Below, piece by piece: positions 41,646 to 58,274 of a DNA stretch of 64,000 nt; position 1 is the first letter of the stretch, and every line of letters starts with the position of its first letter. The stretch comes from the human T2T-CHM13v2.0 reference genome, Homo sapiens. The DNA is taken from the NCBI RefSeq assembly GCF_009914755.1, contig NC_060938.1; one strand, given 5' to 3'. The notes beneath the pieces are model-generated. The model was given only the letters and a program-made list of their open reading frames with translations, was not told the DNA's origin and did no database searches. The position numbers were made by a program, and so were the translations under genes.

Positions 41646-42650
41646 CCAGACCCGTCCGTCTCCTCGTCTCCGCAGGCCACAGGGGGTTCGGTAGAGTCTG
41701 AGGATAGGGCAGTCTTCGCTCGCGGCTGCAAGATCTCTGAAGGGGGCCGGCGTGCGGAGGCTAGGGGACCGGGAAGGAGGAGTTAGGCGGGATGATTCAT
41801 CCTCGCCCGGCTTACTTCCGACCTCCGGTGCAGTCTCCCAGGAGCTGGGGGCGTGAGAAACCCCTCCCCGCAGCGAGTGGGCTGGCGGAGGGGGCTGGGG
41901 CTTCTCGCCAGCGTTTGCGTTTGGCTCCCAGCTCTGAGCTCCGCGCCCACCTACCGCGGGCGAGTGCTGCGCAGCACGGAGGACGCCCCTTCTCTTCCGC
42001 TGCTGGCAGCCTTCGCAGGCGTCTCACCCGGGCCTAGGCTTCTGCACGGCAGTGGGGCTTTTCTCCTTCTCCGTGAATCCGCTGACGCCGTGCCCTGGAG
42101 CTCCCCCATCCCGGGAGTCTGACGGCGCTGGCGCAAGCCCTGGCGACACTCTTGGCTTCTTTCATCCTGCGTCCCTCGTTTCCTAAAGAGCATGTATAAA
42201 GTCGATTTCCTAGTGTCGACATGAGATTCAACTGGGTAACCGATGGAAATGGTCAGCATTAGTCAGAATCTGTGACCCCTTCGTTTCATGCTTTAAATTA
42301 TAGCTCGGCCCAGAGGCCTCAGTGCCGTGGTGTGAACGTGCTTCCTTCCACGGATCCTTCTTCCTCCTCGCGGCCTCCCAAAGCACCTGGCTGAGCTTTT
42401 TCGAGGCCCGCTGGGCCTTTGGTTCGGTTGAGGCAAGAACAGTTTGTCTATTTCTGAGTGCCTGTAGTTTAGTAAAGCTCTGTAAATGAATCACTGTGTG
42501 ACTGCGGAGTCTCAGTGTTTCACTCCAAACAGCATTATTCAACCCCACGTGCCCTGGGCATCTGCCATAGCTTACAGCATCGTGTGCCTTTCTGTTTCTT
42601 CCAACGAGGGGCATGGTGAGGCGGTGATTCTAGTGTTAGTCCCTGTACAA

Positions 42651-42769
42651 GGAGGGAGGGAGGGAGGGAAGAAGGGAAAGAGGGAGAGAGGGAGGAAGGA
42701 AGGGGGGGGGGGAAGGAAAGGCGGAAGGAAGGGAAGAAAGGGAGGGAGGAAGAAGAAAAGGAAAGGAAA
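42651..42769 (+). repeat. ~120-bp almost pure purine (GA-rich) tract
   Basis: Directly visible; only one pyrimidine seen. Confidence 0.95.
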
Positions 42770-43709
42770 ATCTTTGAGTCAAGTGACATTCTGAGGTAGT
42801 AACATTTGAAATAGTACATAGCCGGCTTTTGCTGAATGATTCATGAAGTAAAGGACAAAAACTCTTTGCAAGTTCTAGAAATATTCCAATTTTCCACCTT
42901 CCAGACAGGAGATAACTTGATTATATGCAGCTATGTTGATAATTTAAAAGTACTTTATTGTCCAGAAAAAAAATGGACATTTTATTACACTGCCCTTGTA
43001 GAAATTATCCAATAAACTAGGTTATCTTTTCAACATCTTTAGTTGCAGTGAGAACAGTAGTTGATCATTGTGTGGGGGAATAAAGTCCCCATTGTTATTT
43101 AAAGCCATGTTAATCATAAATGTGACGTGATTTATTTTTAAGCTGGCTTTCAACTAGTTGAGACCAGAGCATCCAAAGGTATATGCACTCTGTTTACAGA
43201 CATAGATAAAATTTCTTCAGGTATGGTTGGGACATTAGCTGCACTTGCAGGATACACTTAATTTATAGGTCCCAAGAGAAATTACTAATAATTATATTCA
43301 ATATAGTATTAATTGAATTGTAATGAAAGTTAATTATTGAGAAAATATTAGAAAGGAGTGTCCTTTTATGGCTTTTGTATGCATTTGACCACAAGTCACA
43401 ATATCTTGGACCAGCAAGGTGAGCAGCTGTTACACTTTGTATGAGTTTGAACTCTGCTTATAATAGTATATCATCTAAGAGATCTTATTAGCAGAAAGTT
43501 TATGCTTAGTTCAAAGTAAAGAAGAATTTTAGAGGATGTCTCATGGTGTAATGCAGTGTTGGGTTCGCAAAAAGAACAACACAGGTTTATAATATAGTCA
43601 ATATAGAAAGATTTGGTCTATTATGAAGTCGCTTGAGATGATTTCATTGTTAGATCTGTTTGTTTAGGAATTAGCTAAATCAGTCAATCCTAGGAGAGCT
43701 CTTAAAATG

Positions 43710-43955
43710 ACTCATTTGTTGAGAGTTCACCCTGTTCCAAACAGGGGATTTATTTATTTGTATACATTACTTGGTTAAATCCCTGTAATTACAAGAAGAG
43801 GTAGGCACAATTATTCCCATTTTACAGATAAATAAACTGAAGATAAGCAAAGACACTTAAGTACTCAAGGTCAAATATGGTGAGGCTGGGATTGGAACCC
43901 GGACACATATAAGTTTGTTCCTTTGTTCATTCATTCATTCATTCATTCATTCAAC
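43710..43955 (-). mobile_element. MIR followed by (TTCA)n (L2 tail-type microsatellite, 43926-43953)
   Basis: cccattttacagata core; ttcattcattca array. Confidence 0.7.
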
Positions 43956-43964
43956 AAGTGCTGA

Positions 43965-44370
<406 letters not shown>

Positions 44371-45379
44371 AAAAGTTTACTATTTTTCTTTGAATCCATT
44401 TCTTTAAAATATTCTTGAAGGCCTTTGAAGATTTTCCCCTCATGTTGCACTGTTTGGCCATAATGTGCTTTATAGCCCCCCAATGACTTATGTTTAAAAG
44501 GGAATAAAAATTGAAATGTAATTGGTAATATTATAGAAATATTATACTATTGAGGGGATATCTTCTGTCTTCCAGCTGGTGATCAGTCCATGCCCTGAAG
44601 CACAAGGATTGATAGCCCTGTAATTTCATCATTCCTGGGATGATTGCAGATGTTCTCTTTTGTGTAAAGTGCCTAATTATCCTTTGAAACTTACTATTCA
44701 CCCAAATTATGTTCTTTAGCAATGAGAGCAATTACATTTAAAGTGCAACAACAGCTTTTGCATTTTTAAAAAAAGATAAATGTTTTTCTTTTTTTGATAA
44801 ATGTTTTTCAATGAAAAATTGAGTTGCTTTCCTATTTGCTTTTGACTACAATGCTTGATTATTAACAAAACAGTCTCTGTGAGTCTAAAGAATGAACACA
44901 GAGAAGAAAGGTTTTTCTTTCCACATTCTCTCCTAGAGTAGTCTATCCTTAGTTGTGGGAGGGGGGTGGAAATCAGTGAAAGGAGCTGATCTTAGGCTCT
45001 AACATTTTAAGATTATCTGACATGTATATAAAAATATTTTATTAAGGTATTTGAATAAGGGTCTTGCTGCATGTGGTTTGTAAAAGTACATCACTTGAAA
45101 GGTGATAAATGTGATGTTTCTATTCTCAATAGAAATTCTGAAGAAACTTCTTTTATGGAATAATTTACCCCATTTAGTCTACTAATATTCAATTTTATAC
45201 TTATAATTTTGTACTATTCTTTAATAACATTTATTGTTGATATCCTTTGGTAATTTAAATTATTTGATTATTATAGTGAATTATGAGCTTTTTCCCATTT
45301 AGTACTACTGGAAGATGGCCATATTCAAATTCTGTAGTATTTCTTATTGTAAGTAATATATTACTGATGCTTTGGGAAG

Positions 45380-48300
45380 GGTAGACTGGAGAATCGGAGA
45401 AAATGAAGATTTAATGAATCCTATATGGAGGTAAGAGAGCTAGAGGATAAATCCAGAAGACCTAACTTGTGAATAATAGGAATCTCAGAATGAGGAAATA
45501 ACACAGGTGGAGGGAAAACCATAGTTGGAAAACATTTCTCTGAACCAAAAAAATATATAAAATTACAGATTGAAAGGATTTTAGAATTATAGATGACATT
45601 AATGAAAAAAGACCCAGTTATATACAGACACAATTCTTAACTCAGAAGAAAAAAAAAAGATCATTTTACAAGCTCCCAGAAAGAAAGAACAACTTAATTG
45701 TAAAGAAAAAAGAATCAGATTGGCATTGGACTGCTTTCTACAACCTTGCAGGTGAAAATAATGTGAAACAAATTCTACAGCCTACTAAAACTGAAAGAAG
45801 TCACCCTGTCATAGTCCGTTTTTGCTGCTATAACAGAATACCACAGACTGGATAATTTATAAGAAACAGAAATATATTGGCTCATGGTTCTGGAGGCTGG
45901 GAAGGCCCAAATCAAGACACTGGCATCTGGTGAGGGCCTTCTTGTTGCATCATCCCATGGTGGAAGGGCAGAGAGAGGGCAAGATAGAGGGCAAGAGGGA
46001 GCTGAACTTCTCCTTTTATAAGAAACCCACTCCCGCGATAAGAAACCTATTCCCATGGTAATGGCATTAATCCATCCATGAAGGTGGTGCCCCTGTGACC
46101 TAAACACTTCTTAAAGGTCCCAACTCCTGACACCTTCTCACTGGGGATCAAGTTTCTAACACATGAACTTTCGGGGACACAGTCAAACCATAGCACAGCT
46201 TAAATATTTTATAGCCTGCCAAAAGATCATTTGCTTGTCTGGTCAAAGAAGAATATTTGCAAGAATTTAAAGAATAGAGCATTCACACATTCCATCTGAG
46301 AAAAATACTTAAGAAGACTTTTAAATAACAAATAAATCTTAACAGAGTCCCCAGAATGGGTTAGGAGCGAGTGGGGACCTGAAAGCATCCTAAGGACTTG
46401 ATACTGGGGAGAAAGAAGAAATGAGAAAGGAAAGGTGGGAAATAAAATGTTTCTGTTGGAGGGATTACTTGGTATACTTTTTTCTTACATAATATTAAAA
46501 CATTACATGTATTATTAGGCCTGGGAAAGGAATATAACTATTTATTCCGTGGAAAGTAAAATAGAACTTGCAAATTAACACACATGGGGAAAGTATTCTG
46601 TGAAACTCTATGACGACGATTTTTAAAACATAAAGGAAAGGGATACTTTCTGACAAAAATATATTAATTGAATCAATCCCTCAAAGTAGAAAGATTGAGT
46701 AGACCAACCTCCATAAAAGGGATTTGAAAGATAATTTCAGATTTGTCATTAATAAGGAGAGGATGGTTACACCGATGAGTTCTAGTTAAATTTTTTAAAA
46801 TAAGCAACTTTAATGGTATTGAAATAATCAAAACTAAAGAAAAATATGGACTATTTCCCAGTCTATGAAGCCATCATAACTTTAATAACAAAACATGATT
46901 ATATAGTTAATAGAGAACACAATAAATAAAAAACTATGGCCCAAAAACTAAGTGTTAGATGTAAAAGTGCTAAATAGGATGTCAGCAAATAGATTTCAGA
47001 TTTGTATAACAAGATTAACAAACTATGACCAAGTAGGGTTTTTCCTACGACTGCAAATATAGTTGAGTATCAGGAAAACTATCAACAGAATTTATTACAT
47101 GACAAATTAAAGGGGAAGAATTCCCTCTTTTGGCCACATGGGAGTAATCTTCCGTCCATCAATGACTAAAAAGCAGGAATAACTATAAGAAACAACCATT
47201 GTCAGACACTGGCAGGAAGTGTAGGGCTTTAATTCCTGGGAGAAGCCAACAAAGAGATGAGCCCTACCATCAGCCAGGATTTCTACCAGATGACAATTTC
47301 CAGGCTTTGGAACACAGAAGAGGAACCCAAACGAAGCTCACCAGTCTCCCCTAGTTGAAGAGACAGAGAATTTTGGGAAAGCCAAGAGAGCTAGAATTTG
47401 CAGAGAGTGAAGAGATAAACAGAGTTTCAGGTATCTGTGTGGGGATTTGCTTGGACTTTTGACTAAACACAATATGTGCATGTATAGGGTGAACCTCCAC
47501 CAGACTGGACAGTAACAACTTCTGAGGAAAGAGCATTTATTGGAATTGTAATACCAACAATTCTAAGAGCACACACAGAACCAGGAATCATTCATATTCC
47601 CTTCAGCCAGAATGAAGAGAACGCACTGAATGTACAAAAATCAACTGTATCTCTATGTACTAACCATGCACAATGAGCAGTTGATATTAAAACTACCATT
47701 TACATTAAGAAAATTAACTCTACAAAATATGTGCAAGATCGAGGCACTGAAAACTATAAAACATTCCAGAGATAAATTAAAGATGACCTCAGTAAGTGAA
47801 AAGATATACTATATTCAAAAAATGGAAAGATATACATCTGAGCCCCTGTCGGGTCCCCATCCTAGCAGTGTGAATCTTCTCCCAAGGGGACCCTGAGGTA
47901 GGGGCATGAAGCATTCCTAGACTGGGGAGTCCCACACGTGCCCCGGAGACAGCTGTAGCAAACAAGCTGCCCTCCCCATTCCTGACAGCTTGGGCCTCAA
48001 GGATGGCCAGGGGCCACCTGCCAGTCCAAGGCAGCTCCATGTTGGAAGCAAAATAGATGGAGGTGAAAGTGGAATGTGAGAGGGGCTGCAGCTCACGCCT
48101 TCCTCTTCAAGTGGGATGGAGGCAGGGGGGTCAGCCCTCCTCCTTGTCTCTCACCCACACAGGCCCCCCACCTCTCCTTCAATAAGCAGAAAAATATGCT
48201 ATATTCAATAAATTGAAATATATACTTAGACTGAATATGGCTAAAATGGTAATTTCCTCCAGATTGATCTATATAGATTCAATATGCTTCCAGTAAAAAT

Positions 48301-48900
48301 TTCAGAAGGTTTGTTTTTTGGTAGAAATTGATAAATTGATTCTAAAATGTACATGAATATGCAAAGAAGCTAGAACAGCTAAAACTGTTTTGAAAAAAAG
48401 ATAATACTTGAAAGAGTCATACTAACTGATTTTAAAACTTATTATGAAGCTGTAGTAATTAAGGTATTGTGTTAGTGACTTAAGGATTGACATATAGATC
48501 AATGAAAAAGAATAGAATCCAGAGATAGACTCACACATCTATAATCAATTAATTGTATGTAAAGATTCTAAAGCTGTATGGAAACAGCTATTAAAGTAAA
48601 AAATATACCCACTTTTCAACTCACCAATTCCATTGCTGGAAAACTACATTATAAAAAACATCAATATGTAAGAATACTTGTAGAAAGATGTTTATATTGT
48701 CCCCAAACTAGAAAAAAAACAACTTCCAGTGATAGTGTCATCATTGAATAGATTATATTGCATCCATGCCATGGACTATGATAAATCCATTAAAAATAAT
48801 TAATTCATTAGCATTTGATTTAGAGGGATTTCCATCAAATATTGTTATTGGGAAAAATAAGATACATAGGAGGGTACATAAGATAATTTCACTTTTGTCA
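45380..48900 (+). mobile_element. Patchwork of old L1M fragments
   Basis: A-rich L1 ORF1/ORF2 motifs (aagaatcagattggcatt, tatgaagccatcataact, gtagaaattgataaattgattctaaaat). Confidence 0.7.
45807..46195 (-). mobile_element. MaLR LTR (MSTD/MLT1A-like)
   Basis: tgtcatagtccgtttttgctgctataaca...caaaccatagca. Confidence 0.85.
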
Positions 48901-49152
48901 GGCTGACAGTGCCCCTCCTTAAAACACCTCTATGTACATATGTTTACATATGATTATATGAAGATGTAGAAATTTATTAAAGCACGCTCACCAGGTCGTA
49001 AACCGTGGTTACCTGGAAAAATCGGGGTGAATTATAGGTGGAGATGGAGGGGGTAGAGTATAAGCCGTTAAAAAGGTACCAATTTTATTTTACTTCCCCA
49101 GCATATGGGATATTTTACTTATGTAAACTAAGTTTATGAGTGACTGTATGTT

Positions 49153-49200
49153 CCTCTCTCTCTCTCTCTCTCACACAGACACACACACACACACACACAC
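49153..49200 (+). repeat. Compound (CT)n(CA)n microsatellite
   Basis: Directly visible. Confidence 0.95.
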
Positions 49201-49239
49201 GTCTATTTTAAAGAAAAATACCTAGAGTATGCTGCTGCT

Positions 49240-51940
<2,701 letters not shown>

Positions 51941-52264
51941 CACCCTTCCATTTTTAAATACAATTCAGTTTATTGTATTTCTAGCATGTATAATATAATT
52001 TTCCATTTTAAACTTTAAAAAGATTTCTGGACATCACAGGATATATAACAAGAGTGCCTGTGTTCATTCAGGACTGTATAATATATAGAAAATATTCCTA
52101 TTCATTATCTAACCTGTTACAATGTGGGAGGTAATCAACGCAGGCATCTTAGTTTTACAGGTGCAAAACTCTCATGACTTCTGTAAGGTTACATAGTAAC
52201 AAGCAGAGCCAGGTCCAAGCCAGGACTTTTGACATGTAGTCGGGTTCTCTTTCCACTGCACTGA

Positions 52265-52583
<319 letters not shown>

Positions 52584-52672
52584 TAAAATTATTATTTTTT
52601 AATGGTAAAAAAAAGTTAATGAGAGAAAGAATAAGGTAAGAGAATTTATAAATATCTCAGACTTGAATATAA

Positions 52673-52972
<300 letters not shown>

Positions 52973-53207
52973 TAAAGATCTTCAATGGACTGATTCTTTC
53001 AACTTGACCATTCCTTAAACAGGGAAAGCACCAATTGTGCTTCTAAAACAAGATTTCTCATAATCATATGAGCTGTATAATCTTGTGCAAGTCCTGTACC
53101 TTTTGGGTCTAAAGTTTCCAAGTCTTAAGAGTACCTAAATGGTTCCTCAGGTCCCTTGAAGCTTTGTCAATCTCTGACTTTAGTACGCACATTGTATTTC
53201 TGGGAAT

Positions 53208-53290
53208 AAGGAGGAAGAGGAGGAGGAGAAGAAGGAAAATGAAGGAATGAAGAGGGAGGAGGAGGAGAAGGAACAAGAGGAGAAAGAGAA
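53208..53290 (+). repeat. GA-rich low-complexity tract
   Basis: (GGA)/(GAA) runs. Confidence 0.9.
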
Positions 53291-54982
53291 TCTGCTCTGT
53301 AGTCTCCAAGGAAAAAATGTTCAGATTATTTTTCCTCTGGCCTCATGAGAATGAGGATGGGCTCTGGGGTCCACGCAGTGCTTGAAACATCTTGGGTACA
53401 TTCTTGCACAGATGAATGGTCAGATTTACTTGCTAAGTGACATCTAAATAGGATAAAATAGAGCTCAAGCTCATTCAGGAGAGGAAAATTGCTAAAATAT
53501 GGCTATAGTATTACTAGCCATTTTATTATTACTTTCTGTTCTTTGCTATAAATTTGTATTCAACTTGTCAAGCAGTGAATATCTATTTATGATTAAAAAT
53601 AAAACCCAAGTTTAATGTAATAAAATATTAGCTTGATAATGCAAGCAGATAAAAAAATTAAAATACTTTTGGTATGGTACCTAATTTTTCACTAACACTT
53701 ATATATTGGATCTTATTTGGTCCTCACTATCCTGGCAGTAAGTGACATTAAAGAAATGGAGGCTCTGACAAGTTACATAGTGTGTTCAGGGTCATGCAGA
53801 CAACAGTGGAGTAGGCAAATCAAATTTGTAAGATAATTTTTGTTGTCATATTTTTTAGAAGTGGCATTCTACTATGTAACATTTTCTCAGCTTCAGTAAT
53901 ATTTATAGGGTAGTTATATAGTAAAATGAAATGCCAAATTGTATGAGATGGCTAATATTTACTGTTCCATATTTCTCTTCCATGATGCCACTAATGAACA
54001 TTATACTAGAATGGCTTTATGTAGATTTTTGGATAGTTTCATTTCATTGCTGGTTTTGGAACTCCTAGCTTTTTAAATTTTACTAACCTTATAATTTTAC
54101 TTCTGATGAGAACCTGAATGAGAATGATCATTTTTCTTGCCCCAAATCCACAATTTAAATCTCTTTGAGTTGCTGACAATCATGCCTTAATTAATTCACT
54201 GCTGAATTATTTTATACCACCTCACAAATTTGGCTGTACATTTGGTTCTTCACTGTGACTCTCAATTCTCCTTGAATAACTCCTTGCACAGTATAGGTAA
54301 TAAATAATTATTTATGGGTCAAACTAACATCCTCTTTTATATTCTTACAGATTCAAATTAACCGCAACATGAGGCTTTTATGCAAGTTTCTTTGTGGTTT
54401 TGAAAATAGCTGGTTCTCTAAAAGAGCAGTTCAAAACACCCAAGTAAAGATAATATGGCCTTAATTTTTTAAAATAATACAATTCAACTTAAAAATACTT
54501 ACTGCTCACTTTTTAATTATGAGACATATAATGAAGCCATCCCTGCCCTGTCAGAATTGCTTTATTAGAGAGTATAAGACAAGCCATTTATGATCAGAGT
54601 ATAAGACCACGAGTGCCAGGAAAGGGGTCCAGAGTGGGGCAGGGGGTCAGAAGAGGGAAAGCAGCACATGTGGAGGAGGTTCAGAAGTCTTCATGGGTAG
54701 GATTCAAAAGAAGGAGCTGGGGAAGGGAAAAATGTCTAGTAGGGCATGCAGTAAGCAGAGAAACTACAGCTTGGGGCTTTTGACCATGTAATGTAGTAAA
54801 GGGGCATCAGCCTTGAGTTATTATTTTTGTCATATATGGCATGAGATCATAGGGATGGTAGAAGCAGCTGGACTTCAGGGCAGAAACATGTCCGTGAATT
54901 TTAGCATCCTCTGACAGACTTGGAGTAACTCCTTGCTAACTAGTGAAAATCTGATATTCTCCAGGATCTAAAGAGGGAAAAG

Positions 54983-55300
54983 GGGCTGGATGCAGTGGCT
55001 CACACCTGTACTTTCAGCACTTTGGGAGGCCAAGGCAGGAGGATCACCTGAGGCCAGGAGTTCAAGATCAGCCTGGAAAACACAGGGAGACTCCATCTCT
55101 ATAAAGAATAATAATAATAAAATTGTCCAAGTATAGGTGGCACATGCTTGTGGTCCTAGCTACTCGGGAGGCTGAGCCAAGACGATCACCTGAGCTCAGG
55201 AGGTTGGGGCTACAGTGAACTGTGATCGCACCACTGCACTCCAGCCTGGGTGACAGAGCAAGATCCTGTCTCAAACAAAAACCAACCACAAAAAAAAAAA
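54983..55300 (+). mobile_element. AluJ
   Basis: Dimer with a (TAA)n middle tract. Confidence 0.88.
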
Positions 55301-55958
55301 ACACATGAAAACAGGAACAAAAATAAACAGGAAAAAATGATCTTTAACAGTATGCTTTTTCATTACTAAAACAATATACATTAATTGTTTAAAAAGACAA
55401 ACAATTTAGAATCAAGAACTAAAGTATTTTCACTTTTTTGGTACTATTCTCTTTTGGTGAAGAGGGCAGCTGAGGCGGGGCCAGATAGCATCTATTCAGA
55501 TTACTCAAATATTGCAGTCTTTGTTTGAGATCCTCCATTCCAGTTGCCACGTGTAGTGAAAAAAGCATCAATACTGATATCTGGTAGATCTGGATGTAAA
55601 TCCACTGACTAGCCACGTGAACATAGGTATAAATTTCATGAGGATTTTGTTTCGTTTGCTGCTATATTCCCAGTAACTAGAACAGTGCCAGGAACTTAAC
55701 AAGTACTTCATAAATATTTGTTGAGTGAATTAATGGTGCTTTATGAACCTTCATTTTATTATTAATAAGGTGGGAAACATCCCCAATTCGAAGATTTGTA
55801 TTGAGGAATTAAACAAGAAAATTATTGGGGAAAGCATCCAACACAGTTCATTTCACATACCAAGTTTCTAAAGACATGACTTTCTTTCCATCCTCAGATA
55901 AAGATTACACTTAACTATATATTTCAACAATTAATTCCTTTTTTGTTTTTACGACTAA

Positions 55959-56394
55959 TGTGTTAGTCTGTTTGCATTGCTATAAAGGAATATCTGAGAC
56001 TGGGTTATTTATAAAGAAAAGAGGTTTACTTTGGCTTATTCTTCTGCAGGCTGTACAGGAAGCGTGGCACCAGCATCTGCTCCTGGTGAGGGCCTCAGGA
56101 ATCTTCCAGTCATGGCAGAAGGCAAAGGGGGAGCAGACACATCACATGGTGACAGTGGGAGCAAAAGAGGCATGAGGAGGAGCAAGAGACAGGGGAGGAG
56201 GAGCCAGGCTCCTTTAACAACCAGCTCTCACATGAACTAATAGAGTGAGAACTCATTACCATGGGGAGGGCACCAAGCCATTCGTGAGGAATCCACTCCC
56301 ATGACCCAAACGCCTTCCACCAGGCTCCACCTCCAGCATTGGGTATCACATTTCAACATGAGATTTGGAGGAGACAAATATCCAAACCATAACA
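55959..56394 (-). mobile_element. MaLR LTR (MSTA/B-like)
   Basis: tgtgttagtctgtttgcattgctataaagg...tccaaaccataaca. Confidence 0.88.
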
Positions 56395-56443
56395 TTTAGT
56401 ATCTGATTTAGTATCTGTAGAGCTAAGAACATGATGTTTTTAA

Positions 56444-56791
<348 letters not shown>

Positions 56792-57106
56792 AGCTTTGAT
56801 GCTTTTTGCTAGCTCAGCTGAAGCCTGCCCTGTGTGAAATGGAGACAGGGCACGGAATGAATGGTGGGATGATGCAGTGATGCGCTCCTTGGTGTTTCTC
56901 TGGGAACACTAATGGGTTCACCTGTTTTCAATGACTTAACCAACAAATTCAGTTTACAAAGTGAAAACAGAATAGTTGAACAGGACTTGTCCATAGATAT
57001 AGCTCAAGTTAGAAATCTAAGTCACATAAAGGCTAGCTTCCTTTATTCAATGTAGGTAAATTTCCTATACTGATAATTCCATAGAATTTTATAAAAATTC
57101 AGTCCA

Positions 57107-57400
<294 letters not shown>

Positions 57401-57691
57401 TATTAAGAAAATTCAATCCAACAAAATGTGTGCCAAGAACTATGCTAGATGCTAGGGATACAAAGGTGAATAAGAAATTTCATTTCTTATTTCATTTCAG
57501 AAATTTCATTCTGTTTTTAGATTCAGAATAGGATTTGCAAGTGACAAAGAAGATAGTGCACTGCCTCATGCCGGTCACTTGGCTTTTGAGACTAGCTTAG
57601 CTATGACATGCAAAGTGGTTGCTCTTAGGCTCATAACTAAATAGGCCTCTAAGTAGTAGAGGTTGGCTCAAACTAAAAAAAAAAATCTCCA

Positions 57692-58274
57692 CCAGAAATA
57701 CCATTTGACCCAGCAATCCCATTACTGGTTATATACCCAAAAAATTATAAATCATTCTACAATAAAGACACATGCACACGTATGTTTTATGTTTACTGCA
57801 GCACTATTTACAATGACAAAGACTTGGAACCAACCCAAATGCCCATGAATGATAGACTGAATAAAGAAAGTGTGGCACATACACACCATGGAATACTATG
57901 CAGCCACAAAAAAGAATGAGGTCATGTCCTTTGCAGGGACATGGATGAAGCTGGAAGCCATCATTCTCAGCAAACTAACACAGGAACAGAAAACCAAACA
58001 CCACATGTTCTCACTCATAAGTGGGAGTTGAACAATGAGAACACATGGACACAGAGAGGGGAACATCACACACCGAGTCTTGTCAGGGGATAGGGGGCAA
58101 GGAGAGGGAGAGCATTAGGACAAATACCTAATGCATGCGGGGCTTAAAATCTAGGTGATGGGTTGATAGGTGCAGAACACCATGGCACATATATACCTAT
58201 GTAAGAAACCTGCACATTCTGCACATGTATCCCGGAACTTAAAGTAAAATTAAAGAACAAAAACAAAAACAAAA
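57692..58274 (+). mobile_element. 5'-truncated L1PA (older primate subfamily) 3' end
   Basis: ccagaaataccatttgacccagcaatccc...ggacatggatgaagctggaagccatc...aacttaaagta followed by an A-rich tail. Confidence 0.92.
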
